Notes: a model not told the origin generated them from the letters alone. A DNA stretch of 61,182 nucleotides, filler included, from Coriobacteriales bacterium (GCA_031263105.1; 7 parts of 7 records of this genome joined end to end with filler, not necessarily neighbours in it); one strand, 5' to 3'. Shown: positions 20,245-30,757, numbered from the whole stretch's first letter. Translations and numbers: made by a program.

Positions 20245-21264
20245 GTGCCGACGGGCGCGGCAGGCGCGGCAGGCGCGACGGGCGCGGCAGGCGCGGCGGG
20301 CGCGGCAGGCGCGGCAGGCGCGGCGTTACTGGTCACACCCCACTGTCATTCCGAGCCTGTCGAGGAATCCTCGACCGCGTCAGCGGTCGACTGCGGTCAG
20401 AGGGCGCTCCGACCTGCGGTCGGCTGCTTCGCGTTCCATGGGCCTGGCGGCCCGTCCTCGCTGAAAACGCGGTGCGTTTTCCGGGCGCTCGGACCCGAAG
20501 ATTCCTCGGCTCCGCTTCGCTGCGCTCGGAATGACAGTGGGGGTGTGACCAGTAACGGCGCGGCGGGCGCCCTGCGTGCGGCAGGCAGCGTCATCGCAGA
20601 CAACCACCGGCGCATCCGCGAGGAGATAGCGGCCGCCTGTGCGCGCGTGGGGCGCGACCCTGCGGAGGTCACGGTCGTTGCCGTGAGCAAGACCGTCGGC
20701 CTCGCCGAGGTCGCCCGGGCCGTCGAGGGCGGCATCCACGACTTCGGCGAGAACCGCTCGAAGCCGTTCAACGAGAAGCGCACGGCGTTCCCTGACGAGC
20801 GCTGGCACTTCATCGGCAGCATCCAGACCAACAAGATAAAGGAGTTCGTCGGGCGGGCGGCCCTGGTGCACTCGGTCGCCTCGGAGCGCGCACTGGAGGG
20901 CATCGCACGGCGCGCATGCCTGCTGGGCTGCGTCCAACGGCTGCTGATAGAGGTGAACGTCTCGGGCGAGGGGAGCAAGGACGGCGCAACGCCCGCCCTT
21001 CTCCCCCTTCTTCTGGAGAGGGCCGCCGAGCTCGAGGGCATCGAGGTCGCAGGGCTCATGACCATGGCGCCCCAGGGCGACCGGGCCGCCGCCCGTGAGG
21101 CCTTTGCCTCCCTGCGCCGCCTGCGGGACGACCGGGCGGCCTCGCTGGGCCCCCTTGAGCGGGTGCCGCTCCGTGAACTTTCGATGGGGATGTCCGAAGA
21201 CTACGCCATCGCCGTCGAGGAAGGTGCTACAATAGTACGCATAGGCAGGAGCATGTGGGCCTGA
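20245..21264 (+). CDS. yggS: YggS-family PLP-binding protein; start at GTG 20245 (reads through element) or GTG 20545 (inside element end)
   Basis: VAVSKT, FGENR, WHFIG.IQTNK, GLMTMAP, LSMGMS.DY..A.EEGAT.VRIG; located after ftsZ. Confidence 0.85.
   Translation: MPTGAAGAAGATGAAGAAGAAGAAGAALLVTPHCHSEPVEESSTASAVDCGQRALRPAVGCFAFHGPGGPSSLKTRCVFRALGPEDSSAPLRCARNDSGGVTSNGAAGALRAAGSVIADNHRRIREEIAAACARVGRDPAEVTVVAVSKTVGLAEVARAVEGGIHDFGENRSKPFNEKRTAFPDERWHFIGSIQTNKIKEFVGRAALVHSVASERALEGIARRACLLGCVQRLLIEVNVSGEGSKDGATPALLPLLLERAAELEGIEVAGLMTMAPQGDRAAAREAFASLRRLRDDRAASLGPLERVPLRELSMGMSEDYAIAVEEGATIVRIGRSMWA
20252..20324. repeat. 9-nt tandem repeat (ggcgcggca), about 8 copies
   Basis: Direct reading; encodes GAA repeats in the yggS frame. 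Confidence 0.85.
20325..20556. mobile_element. GTTAC-TIR palindromic element, copy 7, with exact 8-bp flanking direct repeat
   Basis: gttactggtcacaccccactgtcattccgagc / gctcggaatgacagtgggggtgtgaccagtaac; ggcgcggc on both sides. Confidence 0.92.
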
Positions 21265-21419
21265 CCGGCAGTGTGCCATGCGTTGCGCCCGGACGGGCGC
21301 AGGTGCCGCCCTGTAGGGCGGGTGCGGGTGCCGCGCGGGCGCCCTTCTGGCTGTAACCGGCGAATTTGTACAGGAAACGTGGTCGTCGTCGGGGCACGAA
21401 ATCGGCTTTGAGGTGAACT

Positions 21420-22292
21420 ATGGGTATATGGGACAACGTGAAGAGCCGCCTGGGGATGGGCGACCGGTACGGGCGGTACGACGAGTATGCCGGCCACGAC
21501 GACGGCTACCATGACGGGTACGGGCAGGAGGCCGCAGACGACGGCCTGTACGAGGACGGGGCGGACGGCGCCCAGGGCGCCTACGGCTACGACGGCAACG
21601 ACGTCCGCCAGGCCCCCATGAGGAGCTTCGGGGTCGACCGTGCGGACTACTACAGCGACAGCCATGCGCCGCTGATAAGCCAGTCGGACGTGCGCTCGCA
21701 GCCGCTCTCGGTCGTGCCGGTGGCCGGGCAGTCCCGTGACGCGATACCCCCGCCCCGCGTCTACCAGCGTCCGAGGAACGGCCTTGCGCGGCCTGCGCAG
21801 ACGGGCGTCGCAGGAGCCGCAGGAGCCGCAGGCGGCGAGGGGCGTGCGGGGCGCGTGCCCTACCCGGAGCGCACGGAGCGCACGGAGCGTGCAGGGCGCA
21901 CGGAACGTGCAGGGCATCCGGAGGACATCTACGCGTTCAAGGACGGGCTTGCCCGCCAGCCGGGCTCCTTCGCCCAGTTGCAGTCGGAGCGGATCCGCAT
22001 GGAGGACACCGGCAGGCTCACGTCGCCGGGCACCGTCCATCGCCGCCTCGAGCACATCCGTCCGATAACCTATGCCGATGCCGAGCAGGTCGCCCAGGCC
22101 CTCAAGGGGGGCATCATCGTGGTGCTCGACCTCAGGACGACCAGGCCCGAGCTTGCCAAGCGCATACTCGACTTCTCCTTCGGTGCGGCAAGCGCCCTTG
22201 ACGGACAGGTGGATCGTCACGTGGACCGCGTCTACGTGTTCACGCGGAGCGCCCCGTTGAGCGAAGGGGAACGGGCCGCCATACGTCTGTGA
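21420..22292 (+). CDS. sepF: Cell division protein SepF
   Basis: GAGGTG RBS; C-terminal YADAEQVA...AKRILDFSFGAASALDG domain; synteny. Confidence 0.9.
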   Translation: MGIWDNVKSRLGMGDRYGRYDEYAGHDDGYHDGYGQEAADDGLYEDGADGAQGAYGYDGNDVRQAPMRSFGVDRADYYSDSHAPLISQSDVRSQPLSVVPVAGQSRDAIPPPRVYQRPRNGLARPAQTGVAGAAGAAGGEGRAGRVPYPERTERTERAGRTERAGHPEDIYAFKDGLARQPGSFAQLQSERIRMEDTGRLTSPGTVHRRLEHIRPITYADAEQVAQALKGGIIVVLDLRTTRPELAKRILDFSFGAASALDGQVDRHVDRVYVFTRSAPLSEGERAAIRL

Positions 22293-22335
22293 AAGGTCTT
22301 GGGAAGCCGGTGTGTTCCTGAAAGGAAGGGAGCCC

Positions 22336-23154
22336 ATGAAGGACAAAGCTGCTCAGTTGGGAACGATCGCCCTCATCGGCGGCGGGAAGATGGGGGAGGC
22401 CATCGTCGTCGGCCTCGTGAAGAGGGCTGAGCTCGACCCCGCGCAGGTCGTCGTCGCCGACCCCAACGAGGACAGGCGCGCGTACCTGGGCGCCACCTAC
22501 GGGGTCCCCTGCGTCGCCGAGGGCGCCGAGGTGCCCCATCCCCGCACCGTGGTGCTCGCGGTCAAGCCGCAGGTGCTCCGCGAGGTGTGCGGGCCGCTCG
22601 TCGCCTCGCCCACGTTCAGGCCGGTGCGCGTCATCTCCATCGCCGCCGGCATCGACACCGCGACCCTCCGCTCCCTTTTCGGCGAGGCCGCCGTCATCCG
22701 CGTCATGCCTAACGCCCCGCTCATGGCGGGGGCGGGGATGAGCGCGGTCTGCGTGGGCCCCGGCACGCCCCGTGGCGAAGGTGAGCTGGTGCGGGACCTG
22801 TTCTCCTTGATGGGCGAGGCCGTCCTCCTCGACGAAGGCCTCATGAACGCGGCGACTGCGGTCTCCGGCTCCGGCCCTGCGTACTTCGCGCTGTTCACCG
22901 AGGCGCTTGCCCGTGCCGCCCGGCACAGGGGCCTTGCGTCCGCAGACGCCCTGCTGCTGGCGACCCAGACGCTCAAAGGGGCCGCCCGCTACCTCGAGCT
23001 CACGGGCGTGGCCCCCGGCCGGCTGCGCGAGGCGGTCACCAGCCCGGGCGGCACCACGCAGGCCGCCCTTGAGGCGTTCGCGGCGGGCGGCCTGTTCGAC
23101 TTGGTGGACGACGCTGTTGCGGCAGCGGACATGCGAGCGAAGGAGTTGGCATGA
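22336..23154 (+). CDS. proC: Pyrroline-5-carboxylate reductase
   Basis: IGGGKMG, LAVKPQ, ISIAAG, RVMPN, SGSGPAY, VTSPGGTT. Confidence 0.95.
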   Translation: MKDKAAQLGTIALIGGGKMGEAIVVGLVKRAELDPAQVVVADPNEDRRAYLGATYGVPCVAEGAEVPHPRTVVLAVKPQVLREVCGPLVASPTFRPVRVISIAAGIDTATLRSLFGEAAVIRVMPNAPLMAGAGMSAVCVGPGTPRGEGELVRDLFSLMGEAVLLDEGLMNAATAVSGSGPAYFALFTEALARAARHRGLASADALLLATQTLKGAARYLELTGVAPGRLREAVTSPGGTTQAALEAFAAGGLFDLVDDAVAAADMRAKELA

Positions 23155-23465
23155 CAGGAGTCGGCATGGCAGCGGCAGGCATGGCGTCGGCGAGCATGGC
23201 CGCCTCCCTTATCCCGTACCCCCTGGGCACCGTCGTGACCGGCCTGGTGCAGTTCTACGTGCTGCTCATCGTCGCCTGGGCCGTCCTCTCATGGTTCGAG
23301 CAGGGCAAGGGGGGCTTCATAAGCGAGGTGTACGGGATACTGGACCGGATAGTCAGCCCCTACATCGACCTGTTCAGGAGGTTCATCCCGAGCGCAGGGG
23401 GCATCGACTTCTCTCCCCTTATCGCGATAATCGTCCTCCAGGTGCTCCTGCGCATCCTCGTGTAA
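23151..23465 (+). CDS. YggT-family membrane protein
   Basis: LSWF...PY..LFRRFIP..GGIDFSPLIA. Confidence 0.9.
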   Translation: MTGVGMAAAGMASASMAASLIPYPLGTVVTGLVQFYVLLIVAWAVLSWFEQGKGGFISEVYGILDRIVSPYIDLFRRFIPSAGGIDFSPLIAIIVLQVLLRILV

Positions 23466-23466
23466 G

Positions 23467-23473
23467 GTTACTG
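23467..23473. repeat. Probable stub of another element end at the contig break
   Basis: gttactg immediately after the yggT stop and directly before the N linker; only 7 nt visible. Confidence 0.5.
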
Positions 23474-23573
23474 NNNNNNNNNNNNNNNNNNNNNNNNNNN
23501 NNNNNNNNNNNNNNNNNTTAATTAATTAANNNNNNNNNNNNNNNNNNNNNNNNNNNNNNNNNNNNNNNNNNNN
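23474..23573. other. Artificial contig linker
   Basis: N-run, TTAATTAATTAA, N-run. Confidence 0.98.
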
Positions 23574-23933
23574 AACCAGTTGATCCGCAAGGGTCGCCAG
23601 CAGCAGGTCGATAAGAAAAAGACCCCCGCGCTCAAAGGCAATCCGCAAAAGCGCGGTGTTTGCACCCGCGTGTATACCACCACGCCCAAGAAACCCAATT
23701 CCGCCTTGCGCAAGGTGACCCGCGTCCGTCTCGTTAACGGCATGGAGGTCACCGCTTACATCCCCGGCATCGGCCACAACCTGCAGGAGCACTCGATGGT
23801 GCTCATCCGCGGCGGCCGTGTAAAGGACCTGCCGGGCGTGCGCTACAAGGTCATCCGTGCGGCCCTCGACTGCGCTGCTGTCAACGACCGCAAGCAGGCC
23901 CGTTCGCGCTACGGCGCGAAGCGGCCCAAGTAA
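23574..23933 (+). CDS. rpsL: 30S ribosomal protein S12 (5' partial)
   Basis: [23 protein letters not shown]. Confidence 0.98.
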   Translation, partial: NQLIRKGRQQQVDKKKTPALKGNPQKRGVCTRVYTTTPKKPNSALRKVTRVRLVNGMEVTAYIPGIGHNLQEHSMVLIRGGRVKDLPGVRYKVIRAALDCAAVNDRKQARSRYGAKRPK

Positions 23934-23951
23934 AGCAAGAAGGAGAAGCCC

Positions 23952-24422
23952 ATGCCGCGCAGAGCAGCAGCGATTCGTCGCGAGATTACTCCGGACGCCG
24001 TATATAACAATCGTCTGGTGACCCAGCTTATCAACAAGATACTGTTGGATGGCAAGAAGTCGGTTGCGGAAGCCATCGTCTACGGCGCTTTTGGCATCGT
24101 TGAGGAAAAGAGTGGGAAGGATCCCCTCTCGGTATTCAAACAGGCGATGGACAACGTCCGCCCCACGCTTGAGGTCAAGCCCAAGCGCGTCGGTGGCGCC
24201 ACCTACCAGGTGCCAATGGAGGTCAACTCCCGCCGTGCCACCACGCTGGCCGTGCGTTGGATCGTCGATTTCTCCCGTCGCCGCCGTGAAAAAACCATGG
24301 CCGAGCGGCTCGCCTTTGAAATCATGGACGCCTCCAACGGCGTTGGCGCCTCGGTCAAGAAGCGCGAGGACATCTTCAAGATGGCGGAGGCCAACCGGGC
24401 CTTCTCGCACTATCGCTGGTAA
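23952..24422 (+). CDS. rpsG: 30S ribosomal protein S7
   Basis: [26 protein letters not shown]. Confidence 0.98.
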   Translation: MPRRAAAIRREITPDAVYNNRLVTQLINKILLDGKKSVAEAIVYGAFGIVEEKSGKDPLSVFKQAMDNVRPTLEVKPKRVGGATYQVPMEVNSRRATTLAVRWIVDFSRRRREKTMAERLAFEIMDASNGVGASVKKREDIFKMAEANRAFSHYRW

Positions 24423-24437
24423 CGGGGCATTTGAGCA

Positions 24438-26525
24438 ATGGCAAAGACTCCCTTGAAGGATACGCGCAACATCGGCATCATGGCTCACATCGATGCCGGT
24501 AAGACCACAACCACGGAGCGCATCCTCTATTACACAGGAAAGACGCATAAAATCGGTGAGGTTCATGACGGCGCCGCGACGATGGACTGGATGGCTCAGG
24601 AACAGGAACGGGGCATCACCATCACGTCGGCGGCGACCACCTGCTTCTGGCGTGATCACCGCATCCAGATTATCGACACCCCCGGCCACGTGGACTTTAC
24701 GGCCGAGGTCGAGCGTTCGCTTCGCGTGCTCGACGGCACGGTTGCCGTGTTCTGCGCGGTCGGCGGCGTACAGCCCCAGTCCGAGACGGTCTGGCGTCAG
24801 GCCCACCGCTACAACGTGCCGCGCATGGCATTTGTCAACAAGATGGATCGCACGGGTGCGGATTACTTTTCCGTCATCGACCAGATGAAGGACCGCCTTG
24901 AGACCCGTACCGCCGTGCTGCAGCTCCCCATCGGCAGCGAGGATCGCTTTACCGGCCTTGTTGACCTCATCACGATGACCGCCTGGCACTTTAACGAGGA
25001 TGAGAAGGGCATCATCTACCCGGAGGAGGCCGCCATCCCCGACGGCTATCAGGAGCGCGCCGAGCAGTATCACGAGCAGCTCGTCGAGCTCGCCGCCGAG
25101 TTTGACGACGACCTTATGATGAAGGTCCTCGAAAGCGAGGACTACAGCACCGACGAAGTGCGCGCGGCGCTGCGCAAGGCGACCATCGCCTGCGAGATTA
25201 CCCCGGTCATCTGCGGGGCATCCTTCAAGAACAAGGGTATCCAGCAGTTGCTCGACGCCATCATCGACTTCCTGCCCTCGCCGCTTGACATCCCCGCCAT
25301 CAAGGGCATCGACGTCAAGACCGACGCCGAGGTCGAGCGTCACGCCGACGTGAAGGAGCCCTTCTCGGCGCTTGCCTTCAAGGTCATGACCGACCCCTAC
25401 GTTGGCAAGCTCACGTATTTCCGTGTCTATTCCGGCACGCTTGACGCCGGTAGCTATGTACTTAACGCGACCAAGGACAAGAAGGAGCGCATCGGGCGTC
25501 TGCTCGAGATGCACTCCAACTCCCGCGAGGACGTCGAACGGGTCTCGGCGGGCGACATCTGCGCCGCCGTCGGCCTCAAGGACACCTCCACGGGCGACAC
25601 GCTCTGCGTGGAATCCAGCCCCGTCATCCTTGAGTCCATGACCTTCCCCGACCCGGTCATCGACATCGCCATCGAGCCCAAGACCAAGGCGGAGCAGGAC
25701 AAGCTCGGCATTGCCCTTCAAAAGCTTGCGGAGGAGGACCCGACCTTCAAGGTCTCCACGAATCAGGAGACCGGACAGACGGTCATCGCCGGCATGGGCG
25801 AACTCCATCTTGAGATTATCGTCGACCGCCTGCTGCGCGAATTCAAGGTCGAGGCGAACGTCGGCAAGCCGCAGGTCGCCTATCGCGAGACGGCCGGTAA
25901 GCCCGTCATGGGCGCCGAGGGCAGGTTTGTGCGTCAGTCCGGCGGGCGCGGCCAGTACGGTCACGCCATCATCAACCTCTACCCGCAGGAGCCGGGCGCG
26001 GGCTATGTCTTCGAGAACAAGATCGTTGGTGGCGTCATCCCCAAGGAATACATCACGCCCATCGACCGCGGTATTCAGGAGGCCATCGCGTCAGGTGTCA
26101 TCGCCGGATTCCCGGTTGTTGACGTGCGCGTTGAACTCGTCGACGGTTCCTATCACGAGGTTGACTCCTCAGAGGCCGCGTTCAAGATTGCCGGTTCCAT
26201 GGCGGTCAAGGATGCCCTCAGGAAGTCGCAGCCGGTGCTACTTGAGCCGATGATGGATGTCGAGGTCGATACGCCGGAGGACTACCTCGGCGAGGTCATG
26301 GGCAACCTGTCCGCGCGTCGTGGCCAGATACAGGGCATCGACGACCGAGGCGGCGCGAAGGTCGTCAAGGCCGTCGTCCCGCTCTCAGAGATGTTTGGCT
26401 ATGCCACCGACCTGCGCTCATCCACGCAGGGTCGCGCATCGTATACCATGCAGTTCAGCTCGTACGAGCCCGTTCCCAAGAGCATTGCTGAGGAGATTGT
26501 TTCTAAAGCCGGAGGTAACGCCTGA
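24438..26525 (+). CDS. fusA: Elongation factor G
   Basis: [31 protein letters not shown]. Confidence 0.99.
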   Translation: MAKTPLKDTRNIGIMAHIDAGKTTTTERILYYTGKTHKIGEVHDGAATMDWMAQEQERGITITSAATTCFWRDHRIQIIDTPGHVDFTAEVERSLRVLDGTVAVFCAVGGVQPQSETVWRQAHRYNVPRMAFVNKMDRTGADYFSVIDQMKDRLETRTAVLQLPIGSEDRFTGLVDLITMTAWHFNEDEKGIIYPEEAAIPDGYQERAEQYHEQLVELAAEFDDDLMMKVLESEDYSTDEVRAALRKATIACEITPVICGASFKNKGIQQLLDAIIDFLPSPLDIPAIKGIDVKTDAEVERHADVKEPFSALAFKVMTDPYVGKLTYFRVYSGTLDAGSYVLNATKDKKERIGRLLEMHSNSREDVERVSAGDICAAVGLKDTSTGDTLCVESSPVILESMTFPDPVIDIAIEPKTKAEQDKLGIALQKLAEEDPTFKVSTNQETGQTVIAGMGELHLEIIVDRLLREFKVEANVGKPQVAYRETAGKPVMGAEGRFVRQSGGRGQYGHAIINLYPQEPGAGYVFENKIVGGVIPKEYITPIDRGIQEAIASGVIAGFPVVDVRVELVDGSYHEVDSSEAAFKIAGSMAVKDALRKSQPVLLEPMMDVEVDTPEDYLGEVMGNLSARRGQIQGIDDRGGAKVVKAVVPLSEMFGYATDLRSSTQGRASYTMQFSSYEPVPKSIAEEIVSKAGGNA

Positions 26526-26662
26526 TGGACTCTGGACGGTGCAAAGTCATTCATCGCCGCTTCGCGAGTGCTCACGCAGCCAAGTGCGCTGCGCGCTCTC
26601 GAAACGGCGCTTCATGCCTTATCACTCGCCCAGAGCCCCTCAGTTGAATGAAGGAGATGTTA

Positions 26663-26971
26663 ATGGCAAATCAGAAGATCAGGATTCGTCTCAAGGGTTA
26701 TGACCATGAGATCGTGGACCAGTCCACCAAGCTCATTGTTGATACCGCCCAAAAGACGGGCGCCAAGGTGTCGGGTCCGATACCGCTGCCCACGGAGCGC
26801 AACCTGTACTGCGTCATCCGCTCGCCGCACAAGAACAAGGACAGCCGCGAGCAGTTTGAGATGCGCACGCACAAGCGTCTGGTCGACATCCTTGAGCCCA
26901 CGCCCAACACGGTGGACTCGCTGATGCGCCTCGACCTGCCCGCGGGTGTCGATATTGAGATTAAGCTGTAA
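26663..26971 (+). CDS. rpsJ: 30S ribosomal protein S10
   Basis: [27 protein letters not shown]. Confidence 0.98.
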   Translation: MANQKIRIRLKGYDHEIVDQSTKLIVDTAQKTGAKVSGPIPLPTERNLYCVIRSPHKNKDSREQFEMRTHKRLVDILEPTPNTVDSLMRLDLPAGVDIEIKL

Positions 26972-27123
26972 CACGCTGTTCCGGGTGTCGGTGGGTTGTC
27001 CGCCTGATGCCGCGGGTGGTTTGAGAAGGCGCGAAGCGCCAGAGAAACGGAGTTGGTCCTCTGGGACGACGAAGGGGTTCGTCGACAGGCCCATGACCAG
27101 GAAAAAGAAGGGTGACACGGAGT

Positions 27124-27747
27124 ATGTGTAACACATTGCTTGGCCGAAAACTGGGGATGACCCAGGTGTGGTCAGAAGATGACCGGCTGATACCCGTGAC
27201 GGTCATACAGGCGGGTCCCTGCGTCGTCACGCAGATTAAGACCGCCGAGAAGGAAGGCTACGAGGCCATCCAGATCGGTTTTGACCCCGTCACGAAGAAG
27301 AACGGGACCAACAAGCCCATGGCGGGGCACTTTGGAAAGAGCGGCGTCGACCCGACGAAGGTTCTCCGCGAGGTCAAGGTCGCCAGCGGCACCGACTATG
27401 AGCTCGGCCAGACTATTACGGTTGAGCAGTTCGCCGAGGTGGGCAAGGTCGATGTCACGGGCATCTCAAAAGGTAAGGGCTTTGCCGGCGTCATCAAGCG
27501 TCACAATTTCAGTGGCGGTCCGGGTGGCCACGGCGCGCACTTCCACCGCGCACCCGGTTCCGTTGGCCAGTGCGCCACGCCGTCGCGCGTGTTCAAGGGC
27601 CTGCGGCTCCCCGGCCATATGGGTGTTGACCGGGTCACCGTCAAGAACCTCACGGTCATAAAGGTCGACGGCGAGCAGAATCTGTTGTTGGTTAAAGGTG
27701 CCGTCCCCGGCGGCAAGGGCGCTCTCGTGAGCGTCCGCACCGCGTAA
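27124..27747 (+). CDS. rplC: 50S ribosomal protein L3
   Basis: [22 protein letters not shown]. Confidence 0.98.
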   Translation: MCNTLLGRKLGMTQVWSEDDRLIPVTVIQAGPCVVTQIKTAEKEGYEAIQIGFDPVTKKNGTNKPMAGHFGKSGVDPTKVLREVKVASGTDYELGQTITVEQFAEVGKVDVTGISKGKGFAGVIKRHNFSGGPGGHGAHFHRAPGSVGQCATPSRVFKGLRLPGHMGVDRVTVKNLTVIKVDGEQNLLLVKGAVPGGKGALVSVRTA

Positions 27748-27762
27748 GGCAAGGAGCGTCTC

Positions 27763-28112
27763 ATGGCATCGAAATCGATTGCGATACTGAACACCAGCGG
27801 GGAGAAGGTCGGCACCGCCCGGCTCGATGAGAGCGTCTTCTCCATCGCCCCTAATATCCACGTGCTCCACGAGGTCTGCCGCGCACAGATGGCGGCGCGT
27901 CGCGCGGGCACCCATGACACCAAGACCCGCGGACAGGTTTCCGGCGGCGGTCGCAAGCCCTTCCGTCAGAAGGGTACGGGCCGTGCCCGCCAGGGTACCA
28001 TCCGTGCGCCGCACTACCGGGGCGGCGGCGCGGTATTTGGGCCGCATCCCCGCGACTACAGCTTCAAGGTCAACGGCAAGGAGGTCAAGCTCGCCCTGCG
28101 TTCCGCGCTTTC
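27763..28112 (+). CDS. rplD: 50S ribosomal protein L4 (3' partial)
   Basis: [25 protein letters not shown]. Confidence 0.97.
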
Positions 28113-28212
28113 NNNNNNNNNNNNNNNNNNNNNNNNNNNNNNNNNNNNNNNNNNNNTTAATTAATTAANNNNNNNNNNNNNNNNNNNNNNNNNNNNNNNN
28201 NNNNNNNNNNNN
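28113..28212. other. Artificial contig linker
   Basis: N-run, TTAATTAATTAA, N-run. Confidence 0.98.
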
Positions 28213-28461
28213 CCCCACTGTCATCCCGGCCCCCACTGTCATCCCGAGCCTGCCGAGGGATCCTCGGCCGCGCCAGCGGCCGACCGCAGGCCGAAGGGCC
28301 CCCTGGCCTGCCGTTGGACACTGCGTGTCCAAAGATTCCTCGGCGGAGCTCGGAATGACAGTGGGGGCCGGGATGACAGTGGGGGTGTGACGTGTGACAT
28401 GGCGGTGGGGGCCGGGGTGGCGGTGGGGGCTCGGGACGGCGGTGGGGGTGTGACGTGTAAC
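28213..28461. mobile_element. GTTAC-TIR palindromic element, copy 8 (left end cut by contig edge)
   Basis: ccccactgtcatcccggc-ccccactgtcatcccgagc ... gctcggaatgacagtgggg-gccgggatgacagtgggg ... gtgtgacgtgtaac. Confidence 0.88.
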
Positions 28462-28549
28462 CCGGGATGGAAACTTTCCACAGCCATCCAAACGCTCCCT
28501 GAGGCAGACCGTCTGCCACACTGAACGCAACGGGCTTTCTGCCCGCAAC

Positions 28550-28584
28550 CAATCAGGCGCAGCCAAAACGGCTGCGCCTGATTG
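28550..28584. terminator. Perfect 15-bp stem hairpin downstream of the transposase (possible terminator)
   Basis: caatcaggcgcagcc-aaaac-ggctgcgcctgattg; no clear U-tract. Confidence 0.45.
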
Positions 28585-28669
28585 CTGCTTGCAGCATTCG
28601 GATGGGTTTGATGGCGCACGGGGCCAAGCCTTCGTCAAGCCAGTTTCAAACCCATCCGAAAGCATGTCG

Positions 28670-30067
28670 TCAAGCGCTATCTGGCTGTATGCCCGCGCCC
28701 CGCCCGTGCGCCTCGGCCTCTTGCCGGATGCCCTGGAAGGGCATATCGCCAGTGCCGCTTCCAGTGGCGCCTATCGGCAGGTGGCCCATGCCGTCGGCAT
28801 CGGGCCAGACCATGGAAAAGATGTCCAAGGGCCCGGTCGCCCTCTCGCCGCATGCGCGGCACGGCATCTCTGTGGGCGACAGGCCGCAGGGCGACCTCCC
28901 GGGCGTGGAGTCGGCCTTGCAGTTGGCGTCGGCCACGTCGGCCGCAGCCAGGTTGTCCATGCCGGCTCGGCCTTTTGGCAGAAGCCGCCTAAGCCCTGCA
29001 TGGCTCTTCTCGCAGCGCCCCTTCTGCCGGGACTGCCGCGGGCCGCAGTAAAAGGCCCTGCAACGCTTGGGCGCCCCCTCGCAGACGGAGCGCTCCAGCG
29101 CTGCGGGGCCTTCGGGCTCTGGGCCGCTGTCGGTCAAAGGCACCGGGAACAGCACCGAGGGCAGGCGGCGCGACGTGCGCCCCGTCAAATCGAGCGCGCG
29201 CGCCGCCTCGGCAGTTGCCTTCTCCTCCAAGGGCACATGGAGCCGGAGGCGCGCCGGGCGGGCACAAGGCGCCGGCAGGCGTCCGGTGTCGGCCTTTTTG
29301 CCCGTTGCCGCGTCCGTCTCCACGCACCCGCCCTGCCCGCCTTGCGCAGGGCCCGGGAGTGCCGCATGGCCCCCGGAGCGGCCATGGCGGGCGATGCGCC
29401 TGTCCTTGTGCTGCCTGCGCGGCCTGGGGCCGACCTTGCGCTTCGGCTCGATGTCGGCCATGCCGCCGTAGCCGCGCCCCGCCCGGCGGCACGGCGCGGA
29501 CGGCGATACCTTGGGCTGCTCGGCGTACAGGGCGGCTGTCTCGCAAGGCGAGGGCCTGCGGGACAGCGCCGGGCGGATGACGCCCAAGGCGCGATCGGAC
29601 TCCTCGGCCGTCCTGTTGGCGCCGCGCCCGGCGCCCGTGCGCCCGCCACGGCTGGCCTTGTCGGCCACGGCGGCCACATGCCTGTGCCTGCCCGGCCTGT
29701 CGCAGCCGCACTTGAGCTTCCGGCGGCCGTTGCAGGCCCATGGCGCCGATGCCGTCTTGGCGCATCCCGCTGTCGCCAGATGGCATGCGCAGGCCTCCTT
29801 GCAAGGCATCCTGTCGCGCCTCGCGCAGACGGCCCCCGGCGTGGGGCGCTCCCGGCATATCGGCGTCTTTTCGCAGTGCCCCTGCTCGCGGCAAGGAGCG
29901 TTTGCGGCCCTTGTCTTGACAGGCATCCTGTCGGCCCTGACCTCGTGGGCCGCCACAGACGGGCCTTTGCCGACGGGCTGGGCGGCTCTGGCAAACGACA
30001 GCCCCTTGCCCGGGCTCTCCTCGACGATGCGCCTGTCGTCAAGCGCGATCCTCCCGTGCTCTTTCAT
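28670..30067 (-). pseudogene. Degenerate IS30-family transposase with an intact reading frame
   Basis: GGAGG RBS; HTH-like start (DDRRIVEE...GLSFA); Cys-rich region (APWACNG); eroded DDE motifs VETDAATG, LTDSGPEP, FYCGPRQSRQKGRCEKSH. Confidence 0.75.
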
Positions 30068-30274
30068 GGCGCCCTCCGTCTCTTCGGCAGACGGCGCGCA
30101 TGAGGGCTTAGGGCCAAGTGGGACCACAGACAAGGAAAGCGGCATTCGGACCCAGCCCGGCGCATTTGGTTGGATTTGAAAGTCTTGGCTGAGCGTTTGG
30201 GTGACTGCGGAAAGTTTCCAACTGTAACGCTCCAGGGGCCCCTGCCCCTCGTGAGGGCGGCTAAAAAATAATGC

Positions 30275-30303
30275 GTGACAAACTTCCGGTGGCGTGCTAT
30301 AGT
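30275..30303 (+). promoter_or_regulatory. Sigma70-type promoter for feoA
   Basis: GTGACA-17 nt-TATAGT with TG extension. Confidence 0.6.
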
Positions 30304-30370
30304 AGAAGCTGCAAAAGGAAGTGTTTTCTAACTTTGTTTCGATAGAACGGCAGAACGTGAGGTTGACGAC

Positions 30371-30583
30371 ATGACGCTCAACAAGGTCGATGTAGGCAGC
30401 GAGTACCGGCTTGTGGCATGCAATGCGCCACAGGCGACGCGCAGCAAACTCGAGACGATGGGCCTTGTCCCCGGCGAGCGCATCAATGTTTTGCAGAACA
30501 CCAATTCCGGCTTCATAATCGAGGTGAAGCGCTCCCGCTTGGCCATTGCCCACGACATCGCCAACAACCTCATCGTCTCCTGA
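30371..30583 (+). CDS. feoA: FeoA-family protein
   Basis: 70 aa; KLETMGLVPGE.I.V, IIEVKRSRLAI...IA. Confidence 0.85.
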   Translation: MTLNKVDVGSEYRLVACNAPQATRSKLETMGLVPGERINVLQNTNSGFIIEVKRSRLAIAHDIANNLIVS

Positions 30584-30757
30584 CCTGCCCCGACGCCTCG
30601 GAGCCGACCTTCTCTCCAAGTCTCCCATAGACGGGCAGGGTTCGTCCGTTGCTCATATCGTCGCACTTCCCCCTCATCTTCCGGGAGGTTTTCTGTTAGC
30701 ATGGGAACCCTCGGTACAGACGAGTGAATGCAAGAGAGGACGGCGAGGGGGCCGGTC

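Larger units (their letters stand above)
28468..30220 (-). mobile_element. IS30-family insertion sequence relic, about 1.75 kb
   Basis: 30-bp inverted repeats at 28468-28497 (tggaaactttccacagccatccaaacgctc) and 30191-30220 (27/30 match) enclosing a transposase-like ORF. Confidence 0.8.

Noticed and set aside
23680..23850. Streptomycin-resistance alleles in rpsL
   Set aside because: KKPNSALRK and RVKDLPG are the canonical sequences.
28589..30103. 504-aa plus-strand ORF and other overlapping ORFs in this region
   Set aside because: Shadow frames of the GC-enriched IS30 relic with no recognisable motifs.
28468..30220. IS30 relic as the autonomous partner of the GTTAC elements
   Set aside because: Its inverted repeats (TGGAAACTTTCC...) do not resemble GTTACTG ends, and IS30 elements typically duplicate 2-3 bp rather than 8.
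30690..30710. gttagcatgggaac as a DtxR/MntR operator
   Set aside because: Only weak dyad symmetry, not supportable without a motif model.
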